Source: Malacoraja senta
Lineage: Eukaryota
Length of the DNA stretch: 64,000 bases
Direction: 5' to 3'
Assembly (NCBI GenBank): GCA_038087875.1
Contig: CM075989.1
Span: 9,178,001 to 9,242,000, forward strand
Both the position numbers and the translations under genes were made by a program. How positions within the stretch are numbered: position 1 is the first letter of the stretch; every line of letters begins with the position of its first letter. Below, one piece after another: positions 11,814 to 27,032 of the stretch. The notes under the pieces are model-generated. The model saw only the letters and a list, made by a program, of their open reading frames with translations. It was not told the origin of the DNA and searched no databases.

Positions 11814-12098
11814 AGGCTCTGTCCCACGATGCGAGTTTACCCAAGAGCTCTCCCGAGTTTAAAAATAAATCAAACTCTTGGTAGGTACGTAGAATATATG
11901 TAGCGGGTGCGTCGGAGCTCGTGGATGTCTCGTAATGCTAACGGCAGGTAGTCGGGAAATGCGGAAACTCGTGAAGTTTTTTCAACAGTGTGAAACATTT
12001 CCAAGAGTAAAAAAATACTCGTGATGAAGTACCACGAGTTTGATTTTTTTTAAACTCGGGAGAGCTCTTGGGAAAACTCGCATCGTGGGACAGGGGCT
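11814..12098. mobile_element. Palindromic MITE, PIF/Harbinger-like
   Basis: TIR AGGCTCTGTCCCAC / GTGGGACAGGGGCT extending ~70 bp; TTA direct repeat on both sides. Confidence 0.8.
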
Positions 12099-12959
12099 TT
12101 AGAACATCACAGCAGCTTTATCAAGTGACATCTGACACCAAACTCTACAAGGTGATATTAGGCTAAGCAACCAAAAGCTTAGTCAAAAAGGCAGATTGTA
12201 ATGTGATAACAAAGAACTGCAGATGCTGATTTCATAGCAAAAAGACACACAAAATGCTGGAGTAACTCAGCGGATCAGGCAACATCCCTGGAGAACATGG
12301 ATAAACGACCATTTGGGTCAGAACCCTTCTACAGATTGATGGGGGGGAAATACAGGCAAGGGAATTATTTAAAGGTAGATTTTCGGGACAAAGGCAAAAT
12401 ACAGGGGGACAGGTGTGGGCCCTAAGAGGATAAAGGGCTGTGAATTGGTAAACGTGGATAAAGAAGATGCAAATTGTGTATCCATTGCAAATGGTGGAGT
12501 GGGAGGGGGGAAAACCAGTACAAAGTCAGCCAGGTTTCTGGGACGGGGTGCAAGATTTGTGTTAGACTTGCTTGTCAGTACAACCTTTGCCTTTTTGTGT
12601 CAGTATCTAGGTAGTGTTCAAAGTCACACAGCACAGACACAGGCCTTTCATTCCATCGAGTCCACGCCCACTATCAAGCACCCATTTGCACCAATGCAAT
12701 TGTATTCTTGCATTTCTATCAAATCCTCCCACAGGTTTTACCACTCAACTTTGCACTCGGGGTAACTTACAGTGTCTTGTTAACCTACTGACCCATGCAT
12801 CTTTGGGATGTGGGAGGCCACCCACGTAGCCAGTGAGAATATGCAAACTCCACACAGCCAGCACCAGAAGTCAAGGTTGAACTTAGATCCACTGACATCA
12901 CCACTGTGCTGCCCAGGTCACTATCTGGCCAGAGGCCCATTACATCCAACTAGACCGCC

Positions 12960-14425
12960 ACATAGAAAATAGGTGCAGGAGTAGGCCCTTTGAGCCAGCA
13001 CCGCCATCCAATCTGATCATGGCTGATCGTCCAAAACCCGTTCCATTTTTCCATATCCCTTGATTCCGTTAGCCCTAGGAGCTATATCTAACTCTCTCTT
13101 GAACACATCCAGTGAATTGGCCTCCACTGCCTTCTGTGGCAGAGAATTCCACAGATTCACAACTCTCTGGCTGAAAAGGTTTTTCCTCAACTCTGTCCTA
13201 AATGGCCTACCCCTTATTCTTAAATTGTGACCGATTCTGGACTCACCCAAACATTTTTCCTGCATCTACCCTGTCCAATCCTCTAAAAAAATGCCCTCTC
13301 ATCCTTCTAAATTCCAGCAAATACAAGCCCAGTTGACCCATTATTTCATCATACGTCTGTCCCACCATCCTGGGAATTAACCTGCACTCCCTCACTAGCA
13401 ATAATTTTCTTCCTCAAATTAGACCAAAATTGCACAATACTCTAGGTGCGGTCTCACCATGGCCCTGTACAACTGCAGTAGGATCTCCTTGCTCCTACTC
13501 AAATCCTCTCGCAAAGAAGGCCAACATGCCATTGGCTTTCTTCACTGCCTGCTGTACCCGCATGCTTACTTTCAGTGACTGATGTACAAACACACCCAGG
13601 TCTCGTTGCACCTCCCCTTCTCCTAATCTGATACCATTCAGATAATAATCTGCCTTCCTGTTCTTGCCACCAAAATCACATTTCTCCACATTATACTGCA
13701 TCTGCCATGCTTCTGCCCACTCGCCCAACCTATCCAAGTCACCCTGCAGCCTCACAGCATCCTCCTCGCAGCTCACACTGCCACTCAGCTTTGTGTCATC
13801 CACAAACTTAGAAATGTTACGTTTAATTCCCTCGTCTAAATCGTTAATTTATATTGTAAACAACTGGAGTCCCAGCACCGAGCTTTGCGGCACCCCACTA
13901 GTCACTGACTGCCTGCCATTCTGAAAAGGACCCGTTAATTCCTACTCTTTGCTTCCTGTCAGCCAACCAGTTCTCTATCCATGTCAATACCCTACCCCAA
14001 TACCATATGCTCTAATTTTGCACACTAATCTCTTGTGTGGGACCTTGTCAAAGGCTTTGTGAAAGTCCAGATACACCACATCCACTGACTCTCCATTATC
14101 CATTCTACGTTACATCCTCAAAAATTCCAAAAGATTAGTCAAGCATGATTTCCCCTTCATAAATCCATGCTGACTTTGACCGATCCCGTCACTGCTCATA
14201 TTCAATGATCATATTGAATGGCAGTGCTGGATGAATGGCCTACTCCTGCACCTATTCTTTGTTTCTACCCCTTAATCTTAAACTGTGACCCCTGCTTCTG
14301 GACTCCCCCAACATTGGGAACATTTTCCCTGCATCTAGCCAGTCCAATCCCTTAAGAATTTTATGTTTCCATAAGATTCCCTCTCATCCTTCTAAATTCC
14401 AGTGAATATAAGCCCAGTCGATTCA
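12960..14425 (-). mobile_element. CR1/HER1 LINE RT fragments with a rearranged 3' piece
   Basis: ORF 13495-13803 (DDTKLSGSV..LQGDLDRLGEWA..WQM) and 13017-13265 (FSQRVVNLWNSLP). Confidence 0.9.
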
Positions 14426-15079
14426 TTTGTTACACCAGTACTCCCACTCTCTCTATTTTAACACTTTCCCTGGGCGGGGGGTGAGAATGCACTGCAATCT
14501 TTCCTTTCTTAACTTTGACAAAAGAAAATCACTTACCGCTTTCATCTTCAAATTCCACTTCCCTTTCACCTCTTGCATAAACTGGACAATGGTCAAGATG
14601 TTGATTGGCATTCATTTAAATTTACATGCATTTTCCCATTGCCTTCCTCACACAGGAACAATTCTTCAAATGTGTACACAATTCAGCCTGTTTAAACCAC
14701 TCGCATGTCTTAGAACTTTCCTCACAAACGGTTAATTCAGAGCACCTGAGAACAGAAGGTTAAAGGGATACCCCCAACAGATGTTCAAGATGAATAAAGG
14801 AACTGTGGTAGAGAGGAAATCTAGAACAAGCTAGAAGTCACAAAACATTTTTTACAAATCAGGGGGCCGCTAGTCAAAAATTCTTCGCCTTGAAAATTTG
14901 GGAGGTGATTAGGGTTGATTTCAAACGTTGAAAGTAATTGATGGATTTGGGTAGAATTGGATTGGAAATCAAGGTAGGTTATTGCCACCCAACTGGAGGA
15001 GATTGCTAGAAATGTAGATCAGTGGCAGAATGACCACCTCCTTCTCAATAATAAACCAGGTTTTGTTACAGAAAGTCAC

Positions 15080-15165
15080 ACTGGACAAAACGACACAATC
15101 ACGATCTGGACTTTTATTCAAAGCAAATCCTGATGTTTGTTTTCAGTGTACATTATAGCTTTATT
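15080..15165 (-). terminator. Candidate FEM1B polyadenylation signals
   Basis: Minus-strand AATAAA at 15165-15160 and 15118-15113, followed by a GU-rich element (gtgattgtgtcgttttgt). Confidence 0.55.
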
Positions 15166-18100
15166 TAAACAAAACAGTCACATTTTACAAGTTACAAGAA
15201 CAAATTATTGATACATAATTCCCCCGTCTTTCCAAAAAACAGTAGTGTGGGAATTCAGTGGAAACCGACATAAAAGGCATGTCTAAAAATCCAGTAATAA
15301 ATCTAATTTTGCAACTAACTTAAATTTTAGGGACAATTAAATCCCCATCTTGGGAATTATGGGCGAACAAGTTACACAAAGGTTGTACATCCTGAGGAAT
15401 AATAGTGCAAAGTGCCATGGCATTTCAACTCAAAACATCCAGATAGATTCTGCACCCTCTGGCATAGATGGTCACTGACTCTCACCATTAAAAATGTTTG
15501 GATAATTTCTTAATGACCATGCGAGGGGAAGAGCCTAAATTATTTATTTACAAACTGCCACATAAAGCTGCAATTCAGTCAGATGTTTATCTTTTTAAAA
15601 TGCTGCCCGACAAAAGCTCAATTGTTGCAAATCAGCAATTCAAACATCAAGAGTTGAAAGCAGAAAGGCTTAAGAGCCTGTCACTCTTACGCGATTTTTC
15701 GGCGACTTGCCGGCACCCGTCATAGTAGCAGCAGGTTGCCGAAAACTTTCAACATGTTGAAAATCCAGCGGCGATCAGAAAAAGGGGCGACACTTTACCA
15801 CCAAACGGGTGTCACGTGACGCCTGTGTGGTGGTGAGTAGTTGCCCAAAGAGTCGCCCCTTTTTCTGGTCGCCGCTGGATTTTCAACATGTTGAAAGTTT
15901 TCGGCAACCTGCTGCTACTATGACGGGTGCCAGCAAGTCGCTGAAAAAAATCGCGTAAGTGGGACAGGCCCTTAACTGGGCCCCTGTATTAGAAAAGTGA
16001 CATAGAATTGTTTTTATCCTCTTACCATTATTGTTTCCATTAAGGCATTCAGTGGTAATGCTGAGTTTTGGTCTGAATAATTTAGTACACTGCTTAAAAG
16101 GGCTTTGAAAACAAAAACAACCACAACTTCAGGCTCTCTGTTATGTGTCGGTTACTGAATGCAACATCCCCGAAGAAATGACATTTAAATTGGACACTTC
16201 ATAGACACACAGTGAACCAACGTCAGGTCCTCAATGGTGGCTCCAATTGGTTCTAACAGTATGTCATACAAAGAGCATTCTTTAGAATCCCATTCTAAAT
16301 TGGTTTCATAATTTAAAAAAATCATTTACACAAAGTAAAATTCGCAATAATGATAATTTGATTTTCACCTCACTTCCACTCTGCACTCCAGTTTGCAATG
16401 GATTCATTTTGGGCTTCCAAAGGTGTACACGTCACTGAAGTCTTGGATAACAGCATCAATATTAACCATGAGTGAATGTGCACACCCACCAGTTTCATGC
16501 CCTGGGAATTTCTAGAACTATGCCTAGCTGTACTAAGAAAGTATAATAGAGTTGGGAGGTTAACGTAATTAGTCACTAGTTATCTGACTGGGAAAAGTAC
16601 AGGTAGGATTCCATAATCTAGGGCGTCTATGGAAGAGTGCACATGCATCCTACATGCAATCATGCCAGCTATCAGATACAAACATTACCAATTCATTAGG
16701 GGCTGCTGATATTAAATAACTCTAGTAAGAACATCTCAAATAAAATACTCCTTCAGGCTGGGTAATGCGAGGTAGCATTCCTAACTATGTAACTCTTGTC
16801 AAATGCAGGTCCCCCATTTGTAGGAATGATCATTTGAATCACGGCAAGAAGCTTTAAGGGTACGAGGTAAAATGCATCAATGTGAAAGCATCGGGACACA
16901 AGGAACTGCAGATGCTGATTTACAAAAAAGACAGAGTGCTGGAGTAACTCAGTGGGTCAGGAAGCATCTCTGGAGAACATGGACAGGTGACGTTTCAGGT
17001 CAGGACCCTTTCCAGGGTGTGAGAATGGGTCCCGACCCAAAACGTCACATATCTATGTTCTGCACAGATGCTGCCTGACCCACTGAGTTACTCCAACATT
17101 TGGTGTCTTTTAATGAAGAAGCACGGATTAATCTGCCTGTGACATTTGCCAGTAAGCCCACTAACATGCTTGATGACACGGTTCTGGGATTTCCATTAAC
17201 CAGATTGCAGCAGCAATAAGATAATTTTAGATATTTGTTGCCTAAATTATCAATGTAGAAAATCAAGAATGATTTTTTAAATAAACTGGGAAATTCAGTC
17301 TAACCTATATACTTATGTACCCCAAATTTTAATTCTCCCTCTATTTCCACAAGGCTCATGATCAAAGTTCGCCCTAAACCTAATGGTAAAAAGTGTCAGA
17401 AGAGCTTGTTGGGTGGGAGGGAGGAGGAGGGATGCGGGAGAAGTAGAATTAAACAGCAGTTTCAAAGAGCACAATAAACTGGTCTGCTGTGCAAAAAGAT
17501 CCTAGTCCAGTGCTTAGTAATTCAATCAGATCAACTTCTATGCAGCTTTCAGTTGGCAATGATAGCAAGCCCACCAACTATAGGGTTCATTTGGCAAGTT
17601 TGATGAACACAAAGCCTCAGCAGTTAAGTTACATGACAAGCATCCAGAGGAAAGTACAAAGTCCACAACCAGCAGCTGAAGAATTTAAATTCAAGTAAAT
17701 AAATAAATGCGGTACTTTAAAGAAAAATTTGGTAGCAGAAATAGCGACCATGAAACTGCCGGACAGTCACAATAGGCATCTGGTTCACAAATGTCGGTCG
17801 GAGAAGGAAATCTGTCACCCTTACTCCATTCAGCTTTTACCCTGTTCTAGTCTCAACAACACAATCACGCTGCCTCCTCAATACAGGGACCAAGTAAGGA
17901 ACAGACAATAAATCCTAGCCTTATTAGCAGTCAAAATCCCTATCTCATTAATGGAAGACATTCAGCTATATGCTGGAAAAGCTTAAACACCACAAATCAA
18001 AGTAAATCGAGTGCACAATAACCCAATTTGGGAAAAAATATTTCAAATCTCTTCCAAAAGCAAACTATTTTGATATCAAAGAGACTAGAACATTGATCTG

Positions 18101-21100
18101 ATCTATCAAAGTTAAGGGGACATAATTCCTTCTCCCACCCACCAATAATTCAGTTCTATTGCTATTTCATAAAATAAACATCCTAATGTTTTCATCATTT
18201 CCGAAGTCCCAAGACTATCGCGGTGTTCAGATTGGAGTGCGTCACCTCCTTTCCATAATGAAGCCATCATCATATTACCGTTTGTTGGTGCTAGCAGTGC
18301 ACAGATTGGCTGCCGCACAAGAGCGACTACACTTCAAGTGTACTTCATTAGCTGTAAAGCACCTTACGCCATCCAAAAAGGATGCATTGTTCTAGCATCT
18401 TTTGCAAGTCTCATTTGGTTCTAAATCAACAGGAACATTCAAGTATTAAAAAGTAAAGCACCCATAGTTTAACTGACACTCAATTCTATCTGAAGGGTCT
18501 GAAGAAGGTCCCAGCCAGAAACATCACTTGTCCATGTTCTCCAGTGATGCTGTCTGTCCCGGTGAGTTACTCCAGCATTGTCTTTTTTCTCACAATTCTA
18601 ACATGGTCGCTCTGTTTTTATTGCCCAAATTCTACCAACACTTATTCACCAACCAAGCTCCTTTTGAACATGTTACTATCAAAAAACTGCCAAGATTAAT
18701 TTAATTGATATAGGTTCTCATAATCAATTAGTAGTAAAGCAAGGCAACACGATATTCACTTTACTGCACTTCAGAGCAATCTTAGTTCTTCCTCCTCAAA
18801 CTGAGAACCTACATCCTGATGATCAGAACTGTCCAGATTACATACAAAGTCTGTTCGCATGGGAGAACAGAATTGATGAAAGCAACAACCGAGGCAAAAT
18901 GCGGTTTTATTCCATTGGCGTTTGTGGAGATGGGATTTTCTTTGGTTTCCAACACCTGTGCACCAACCCACCCTACACAAAAGATTTATAGCCACCAGAC
19001 ATGACCAGAAATCTACACATGGCCACCCGAACGTGTGCAATGTGAAACCATTTTAAACCTCAAGCCAACAATCATCAGACACATGACACTGAATGCTGAA
19101 GTGCTCCAATTGTTGGTACGCCTGGGTGAAAGACTTGCACAACCTCCCTCGGCCCTACGTTCCTCCGTGAGCTGTGGGCCTTTCACATCTGTGAAAAACA
19201 GGAATTTAGAATCAATACAGAGGTATTCTACACATTCTAACTATAACATTTTGCGAAGCTGGAGATTAATAAGTACCCAAAAGATGGATATCATACAACC
19301 CTTCTGAGATGAGAATTTCCACCAACTTTCCATCCATTTTCCCAAATGGTCATTCTTCACCATCTCCACACAATGCAGTTTGAGCTATTCAAGCAGGGAG
19401 GCCATCGCAGCCCAGCACAACACTATGCTCCCCTGACCTCAAGTTTACCACATTGAAATCTGCAAGCTCTTGGATAAGAAGGTCACTCATTTTAGCGAGC
19501 TGGAATTAAAACTAGGATCTTTTACAGATCCTGTCTGAGTGACCCACTAGCTTTAACTTGGGTAATTTAAGCTGGTAACGCAGTTAAAATTTCTGAAATA
19601 AAAGTTTACAAATTGCAGCATTTTCACTTTAAAAGTTAGTTATTCACCAATAGTACTATTTAAAGTAGATACCTTTTTGAAAGATCAGAGAATTGAGGGC
19701 GATGGAGAGCTGATACAAAAGAGATGGGGTCTGGGGCAGATTAGTCACGGTCGTATTAAATAGAAGGGCAGGCTTGAGGGGCCAAGTGGTCTGCTCCTTC
19801 CCCCATTTTTTCCAGTGTTATTATTCGTCAATCAAGTTCAATAATCTAATACATTCAAGATAATATAGACTCAAAACATTTGCTCAACTGTAAAATTAAG
19901 TACTTATGATTTATTTGATTTCATTGGCTCAAATACAAAAAGATAGATTTGCCTATGAGAAAAGATAGACTGGAGCTCCCACGTTGGTCGACAAGAAGAA
20001 CACAAGACCTTGGGTTAAAGGTTATCAGCACAGTTCGTACTGTGCTTGCAACAGTGCAGTCCTCCATCTCAAGAGTTTCATTACACTTGAATTGTAAACT
20101 TTTATTAAGCTGCATGCCTGCCAAAGTCAAAGGACAACAGGAATCACACTACCGTTCTGGTAAATGTTCGGGAAAAAGAACTTTATCCCAATTAGAGATG
20201 ATAGCTTTGCAAAATAGACTCGTTGTAGCTGACAGTCACAAAAATAAATACATTTCAAAAGGAAGGAATAAGGAATAAGCACAAACTCGAAATGGAATTG
20301 TACAATTTATGTCATCAGAAAAAAAATTCAGTTTAAAGATTAAACCCATCATTTTTGTGGACTGGAAAAAAACACTTTGGGACACAGAAGGGACTAGGTT
20401 TTCCACTCGGGGTTCAGTTCATTCTCCTGAATTGTTGTCAATGCATCACATGAAATGAACGCTGATACATGATGGAGCCAACTGTAAAGATGATCAGAAG
20501 AACAACATTCAAACAGCATTTCAAATGGCACAAGAACATGGTGGAGCACGTTGCTGAAGAGACACACTTTATTAGGAATAAAATCTTAAGCTCTAACAAA
20601 ACTAGGTGGTGCAATCAGCTACAATCACATGAAAAGATCAATGTTAAATGTAGCAACATTTTCATTTAAATTAATTTTTAATTTCCAAGGGATGAAATAA
20701 TACAGTAAATTCCCTCATGGCTGAATTCAAGTCAGTATTAGATTCTTTAATTGATCCTCTCCCAAAATTCTACTTTTTTAACTCTATTCTGTATGCCATT
20801 CCAAAGTACCATGCAGAACCTCTTCACCCAAGTCTCACCTACCTTCATGTACAAGATTAGCCTGAGAGATAGAGGATGTTTGGCTATGCAAGGCATTACA
20901 TTCTAACATAATCCAATTCTCACGTAACCTTAAACATGTGCATGTCCAAGCAGTAGGAGTGCTGATACACCTCAGTAAACTCAGGCCCATATCCAACAGA
21001 CAAACCCGCACACTAACTGAGTGGCAAATGCACCAAACATTAGTAGCTTTGCCAGATATCCTTGAAAGAACTCATACCTTAACTGTGCAATATTAACATG

Positions 21101-22215
21101 ACAGCTCGCATAGGTGAACAGTCATTTGAAGAGTTACATTTTGCACAACTTCCCATTTCTTAAAAAACACACCTGGATTACCACAACCCAACCCTTTAAC
21201 TCCAAAAGTCTAGCAAAGTAAGATTGGCAAGTGACTGGAGCCTTCCCCTCAGTGCCTGGATTAGAGCCGCTCTTTGCCACAATAAAGGGCTTGGTTTTCT
21301 GATAGCTTTCCAAGGTCTTGGTTCTATTAACCAGCAAAATATACACCTTGCACAGTAACAACAAGATGTGGCCGAGGGATGTTTTACTAACGAGTCAGAT
21401 GTGCAGCCAGATCAAGCGCATGCAGCAAGATTGCTCACCAAAAACAGCACCTCAAACTCTCTGGCATTGTCAATGGGCAGTAATGACATTCTCCAAACAT
21501 ACTGTACAAACTGTACTCTGCTGTTAACATTCCCAACTGCTGTAACACAGGAGCAATGAAACCTTCAATCTTAACTGCAACCCACAACTATCAAGTGTGT
21601 GATAAAATAATATGTTCCTGCTCTTCACAGTTGAAACCAGCTGTGCCAGAAGGGCAGACTAATGGTCATTTAAAAATGGATCCACTGTCTTTACATAGAA
21701 AATGTGTTACCCGTAGCTCTGACTGGTATTTCCTTTAATTCTAGGCAATACAAGGGGAATTTTTTTTATAATTAAAAAAAAAAAAATTACGATTAATTAC
21801 CAAATGAATTCAAGGTTGCGATACGTGTTTGGGCTAAATGGGAATAAAGATATCAGGCAGAGAAACAGTGGTCAATGATCAGACAAACTTACTAAATGAT
21901 GGAGTGGGCTAACAAATGTGACCTGCTCCCACCTCTTATATTCTATTGTTATTGGAAGACAGAAGGTTTGATCTTCACCTTACATTGGTACAACTTTATG
22001 AAAGTTTACTTTTGTAGCCACTTTGCATCACACTGGCCTATTTGACAAATGTGCTGTAAGAAAGCACCAATGACAATCTGAATCGCTGTGGGATGGGTTT
22101 GGAATGAAGACAGGATAAGACAAAGCATACAATGAGCAGGCCAATTCCATAAACCAATGCGTTATGGACATACCTAGTACCAGTCTGGTAAAGAATCATC
22201 TGAATATCTCAAGAG
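15095..22215 (-). other. FEM1B: Probable long (~7.1 kb) FEM1B 3'UTR
   Basis: AT-rich and relatively transposon-poor between the stop codon and a strong minus-strand poly(A) signal cluster; mammalian FEM1B also has a multi-kb 3'UTR. End position is inferred. Confidence 0.55.
15673..15972. mobile_element. Palindromic MITE, Harbinger-like, inside the probable FEM1B 3'UTR
   Basis: Inverted arms of ~120 bp (15673-~15791 / ~15852-15972) ending GTGGGACAGGCCCT. Confidence 0.85.
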
Positions 22216-23610
<1,395 letters not shown>

Positions 23611-23779
23611 TTAGGACCAAATAATTTGCAGAAAGCATGAAGGAGCGGCTATACAAGTCACCAATAAACACACTTGCCGAAAATAATGTAAAAAAACTGA
23701 AAACAATTATAAGGCGAGGCAACGTATGTAGAGTTTATTTCGTTTATTGTCACTTGTACCGAGGTCCAGTGAAAAGCTA

Positions 23780-24200
23780 TAGAAACATAGAAAATAGGTG
23801 CAGGAGTAGGCCATTCGGCCCTTCGAGCCTGCACCGCCATTCAATATGATCATGGCTGATCATCCAACTCAGTATCCCATCCCTGCCTTCTCTCCATACC
23901 CCCTGATCCCTTTAGCCACAAGGGCCACATCTAACTCCCTCTTAAATATAGCCAATGAACTGGCCTCAACTACCTTCTGTGGCAGAGAATTCCACAGATT
24001 CACCATCTCTGTGTAAAAAATGATTTTCTCATCTCGGTCCTAAAAGACTTCCCTCTTATCCTTAAACTGTGACCCCTAGTTCTGGACTTCCCCAACATCG
24101 GGAATAATCTTCCTGCATCTAGCCTGTCCAACCCCTTAAGAATTTTGTAAGTTTCTATAAGACCCCCCTCAATCTTCTAAATTCTAGCGTGTACAAGCCG
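23780..24200 (-). mobile_element. CR1/HER1 LINE 3' end in the FEM1B intron
   Basis: Near reverse complement of 47050-47470; (CTATGTTT)n-type tail. Confidence 0.9.
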
Positions 24201-24865
24201 ATTGCGTGCTAACCAGAGGTAGCGAGACAGAACCAATAGTTCAGGTCAATGACTGCACTAGGAAAGTTAAGAGACAAGACAAGTGTTGGATGCAATGAAA
24301 ATGAGGAAAGGAGAAAAGGGAATTAACCCACTGGGGTGCAAGGCAGGAGAGTTAATAAAGGGAAAAGGGCAGGGTAATGGAGCCGAGGTGTCTTGGAGAT
24401 TTATAAATTATAGCAAAACACCATTACTTCAGAACTATGGACAAAGATTACAACAGCAGCAGCAGCAATCGTTGCCTCATCTGCAAACATGCTAGTCACA
24501 TCCTCTATGTTCACATCACCATTGTTAAATGGATGTTATACACATCAGGAGGACTAGCAAAGATCTGGGTTGTCTACGCTGGATCTCTTTTAATAAAGGG
24601 AACAGCAAAGTTTACAAAATTATTATAACACCAATATTCTCACTTCTGATTCATACCCCAATGCCCCCCTTTGGAATGCAAATGCCACGTAATGCCCGCC
24701 ATGGTTAAAATGAGATAAGTCAATCTGGCCCCAATACAAATATTGATAATCAATGCAGGGCAATAGCAGATTGTGACTTACATAACTCAGCATTTTCAGC
24801 AAGGGAGGAAAAACAGAGAAAATATACATGATTAATTTTCAAGAACCCCTTGTTTATAGTGCACT

Positions 24866-25085
24866 AGTAATAATAATAATAATAATGAATTTTATTTACG
24901 GGCGCCTTATACCGAGGTCTCAAGGACACCTTACAGAGATTTATAGGAAACATATAATCAGAATAAAAAAAATAAGTTATAAAGACCAATACACAAATCA
25001 GGGACAGAATTCCTTCCAAAAACACAAAAAAGAAAATCAGAAGCACAATTTGAGGAGAGAGCAGCGGCAGCGAAACCGCGCTGAA
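24866..25085 (-). mobile_element. L2-type retroposon 3' tail with (ATT)n
   Basis: Reverse complement reads ctgtaaggtgtccttgag..aaggcgcccgtaaataaaattc(att)n, a typical L2-family terminus. Confidence 0.6.
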
Positions 25086-26599
25086 CAACTGTTCATCCCA
25101 GTCTTCTTACTAGAGCCACTGTTCCCGAGATTAATCCCCGCTGGCTTAATTTAACAGAATGATCCAATAAAACACAAATTAACATGGTCCAATAGTAACT
25201 GCTGACAGACAGGCTCACAGGTGTGGCATTTATTTTTGTAGAAATTATTTCACATGTACACTCACTAGCAATGCATTTTGCACAAGTGCACAGGAACTCA
25301 ATCTACCATGCTGTGATCACTAACAAATAATAACAAACATTTATACTTGTGTCTTATCCATACACCCTCAAAGTAGGATTATTGAATTAACACATCATTG
25401 GCAACACAAACAACAGCACTGAGGTTGCACTCTGATGACAGTATCTATTAGTCTTATTTGCTAATTAGATTGGAATTACAGCCAAAATTACTTACACGTG
25501 GTTAATGTTTTGTACTACACAGATGGCATTTTAACAGTCTGCTGAACTGATTACATATTGTTTGACTCCTAATCCATACCATTCTAATTGATTCACAAAA
25601 ATCAAATACATCCTCGAAGATACACTGGAGTTGCTGCAGTATGCAGCCATCCTGTTGCCCAGGGTCTACTGATGGTCACGTACTCAAATTTTCCATAATC
25701 CCCTTCCACTCGACCAAAGCAATTTATCCCGGCTGTCATACATCACATCTTTTCTTACTCCCTTTTTCTCAATTCCACTTTTGCTTAAACATCTTCTACT
25801 GATTTAATGAACTGCCAGTCTACGGCTTTACTCTCGCTCTATCCGATCCCCGATCTGTTGAGCCCCTACATCATTTGCTGATTGTATTTCAGATTTCCAG
25901 TATATTAGCTTACATTAAAGATTTTGTAGTCTTCAAATCCAATTAATTCAGATAGAAACAAGGAACTGCAAATTCAGAACTGCAGATACAAGGAACTACC
26001 AAAAAAAGTGATGGTGTAAGCCAGAAGCTCAGGCAACCTCTGGAGAACATGGATAGGTGACGTTTTGGATCGGGACCCTTCTTCAGACACTCCCAGAGTC
26101 ACCAGCTGGCTTCATATAGACAGTGAACACATCAGCCCAACGTGAATGCAAATAGATTCCATAACTTTTCCAAAAGATTCAACTCTATCCAGTCACCCCC
26201 TGAACCACAGCCCAGTCTGGTAGGCAGTCAATCTTGTAGACAAGTTAATTCATTTCAATCAGTGGCAACAATCTGCTGGAGGAACTCATTGGGCTGAGGA
26301 GCACCTGTAGAGGGAAATGGAAGTGAACATTTCGGGGCTGGACCCTTGTGTTGGACCCCATGGCAGTCCAGATGACCCCGAGCAGCCTCCACAGATGCTG
26401 CTGGACTCATTGAGATCCTCCAGCAAACTAGCAACTGGAGTCTCTTGTGCCTCCATCTTAATTTCAACCAGGGTTACTATCTTCAAGATACACACAACTT
26501 CAATTCTCCAGGTCCAATCGCCACCTTCCAGGAAATGTAGGAAGCATAGAATCAGAGCCATTTGTGGTACCTTTGCCTCCAGGGCCATTTAATTTAGTT

Positions 26600-27032
26600 T
26601 AAGCTTAGAGATACAGTGCAGAAACAGACCCTTCAGTCCACCGAGTCCATGCCGACCAGCGATAACCCCGTACACTAGCAATATCCTACACACACTAGGG
26701 ACAATTTACCAAAGCCAATCAATCTACAAACCTGTGTAAGAAGGAACTGCAGATGCTGGTTTAAACCAAAGATAGACACAAAAGGCTGAAGTAACCCAGT
26801 GGGACAGGCAGCATCTCTGGAGGGAAGGAATGGATGACGTTCCGGATCAAGACCCTTCTTCAGACTCCATCTACAAACTGGTACGTCTTTGGAATGCAGG
26901 AGGAAAAAAGAGCACCCGGACAAAGCCCATGCAGTCACGGGGAGAACGGACAAACTCCGTACAGCCAGCACCCGTAGTCAGGATCGAACCCGGGTCTCTG
27001 GCGCTGTACGGCAGCAACTCTACCGCTGCACC
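26600..27032 (-). mobile_element. HE1 V-SINE interrupted by a Penelope palindrome half (~26734-26867)
   Basis: Reverse-complement V-domain and tRNA head; atctacaaac repeated on both sides of the insert. Confidence 0.8.
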
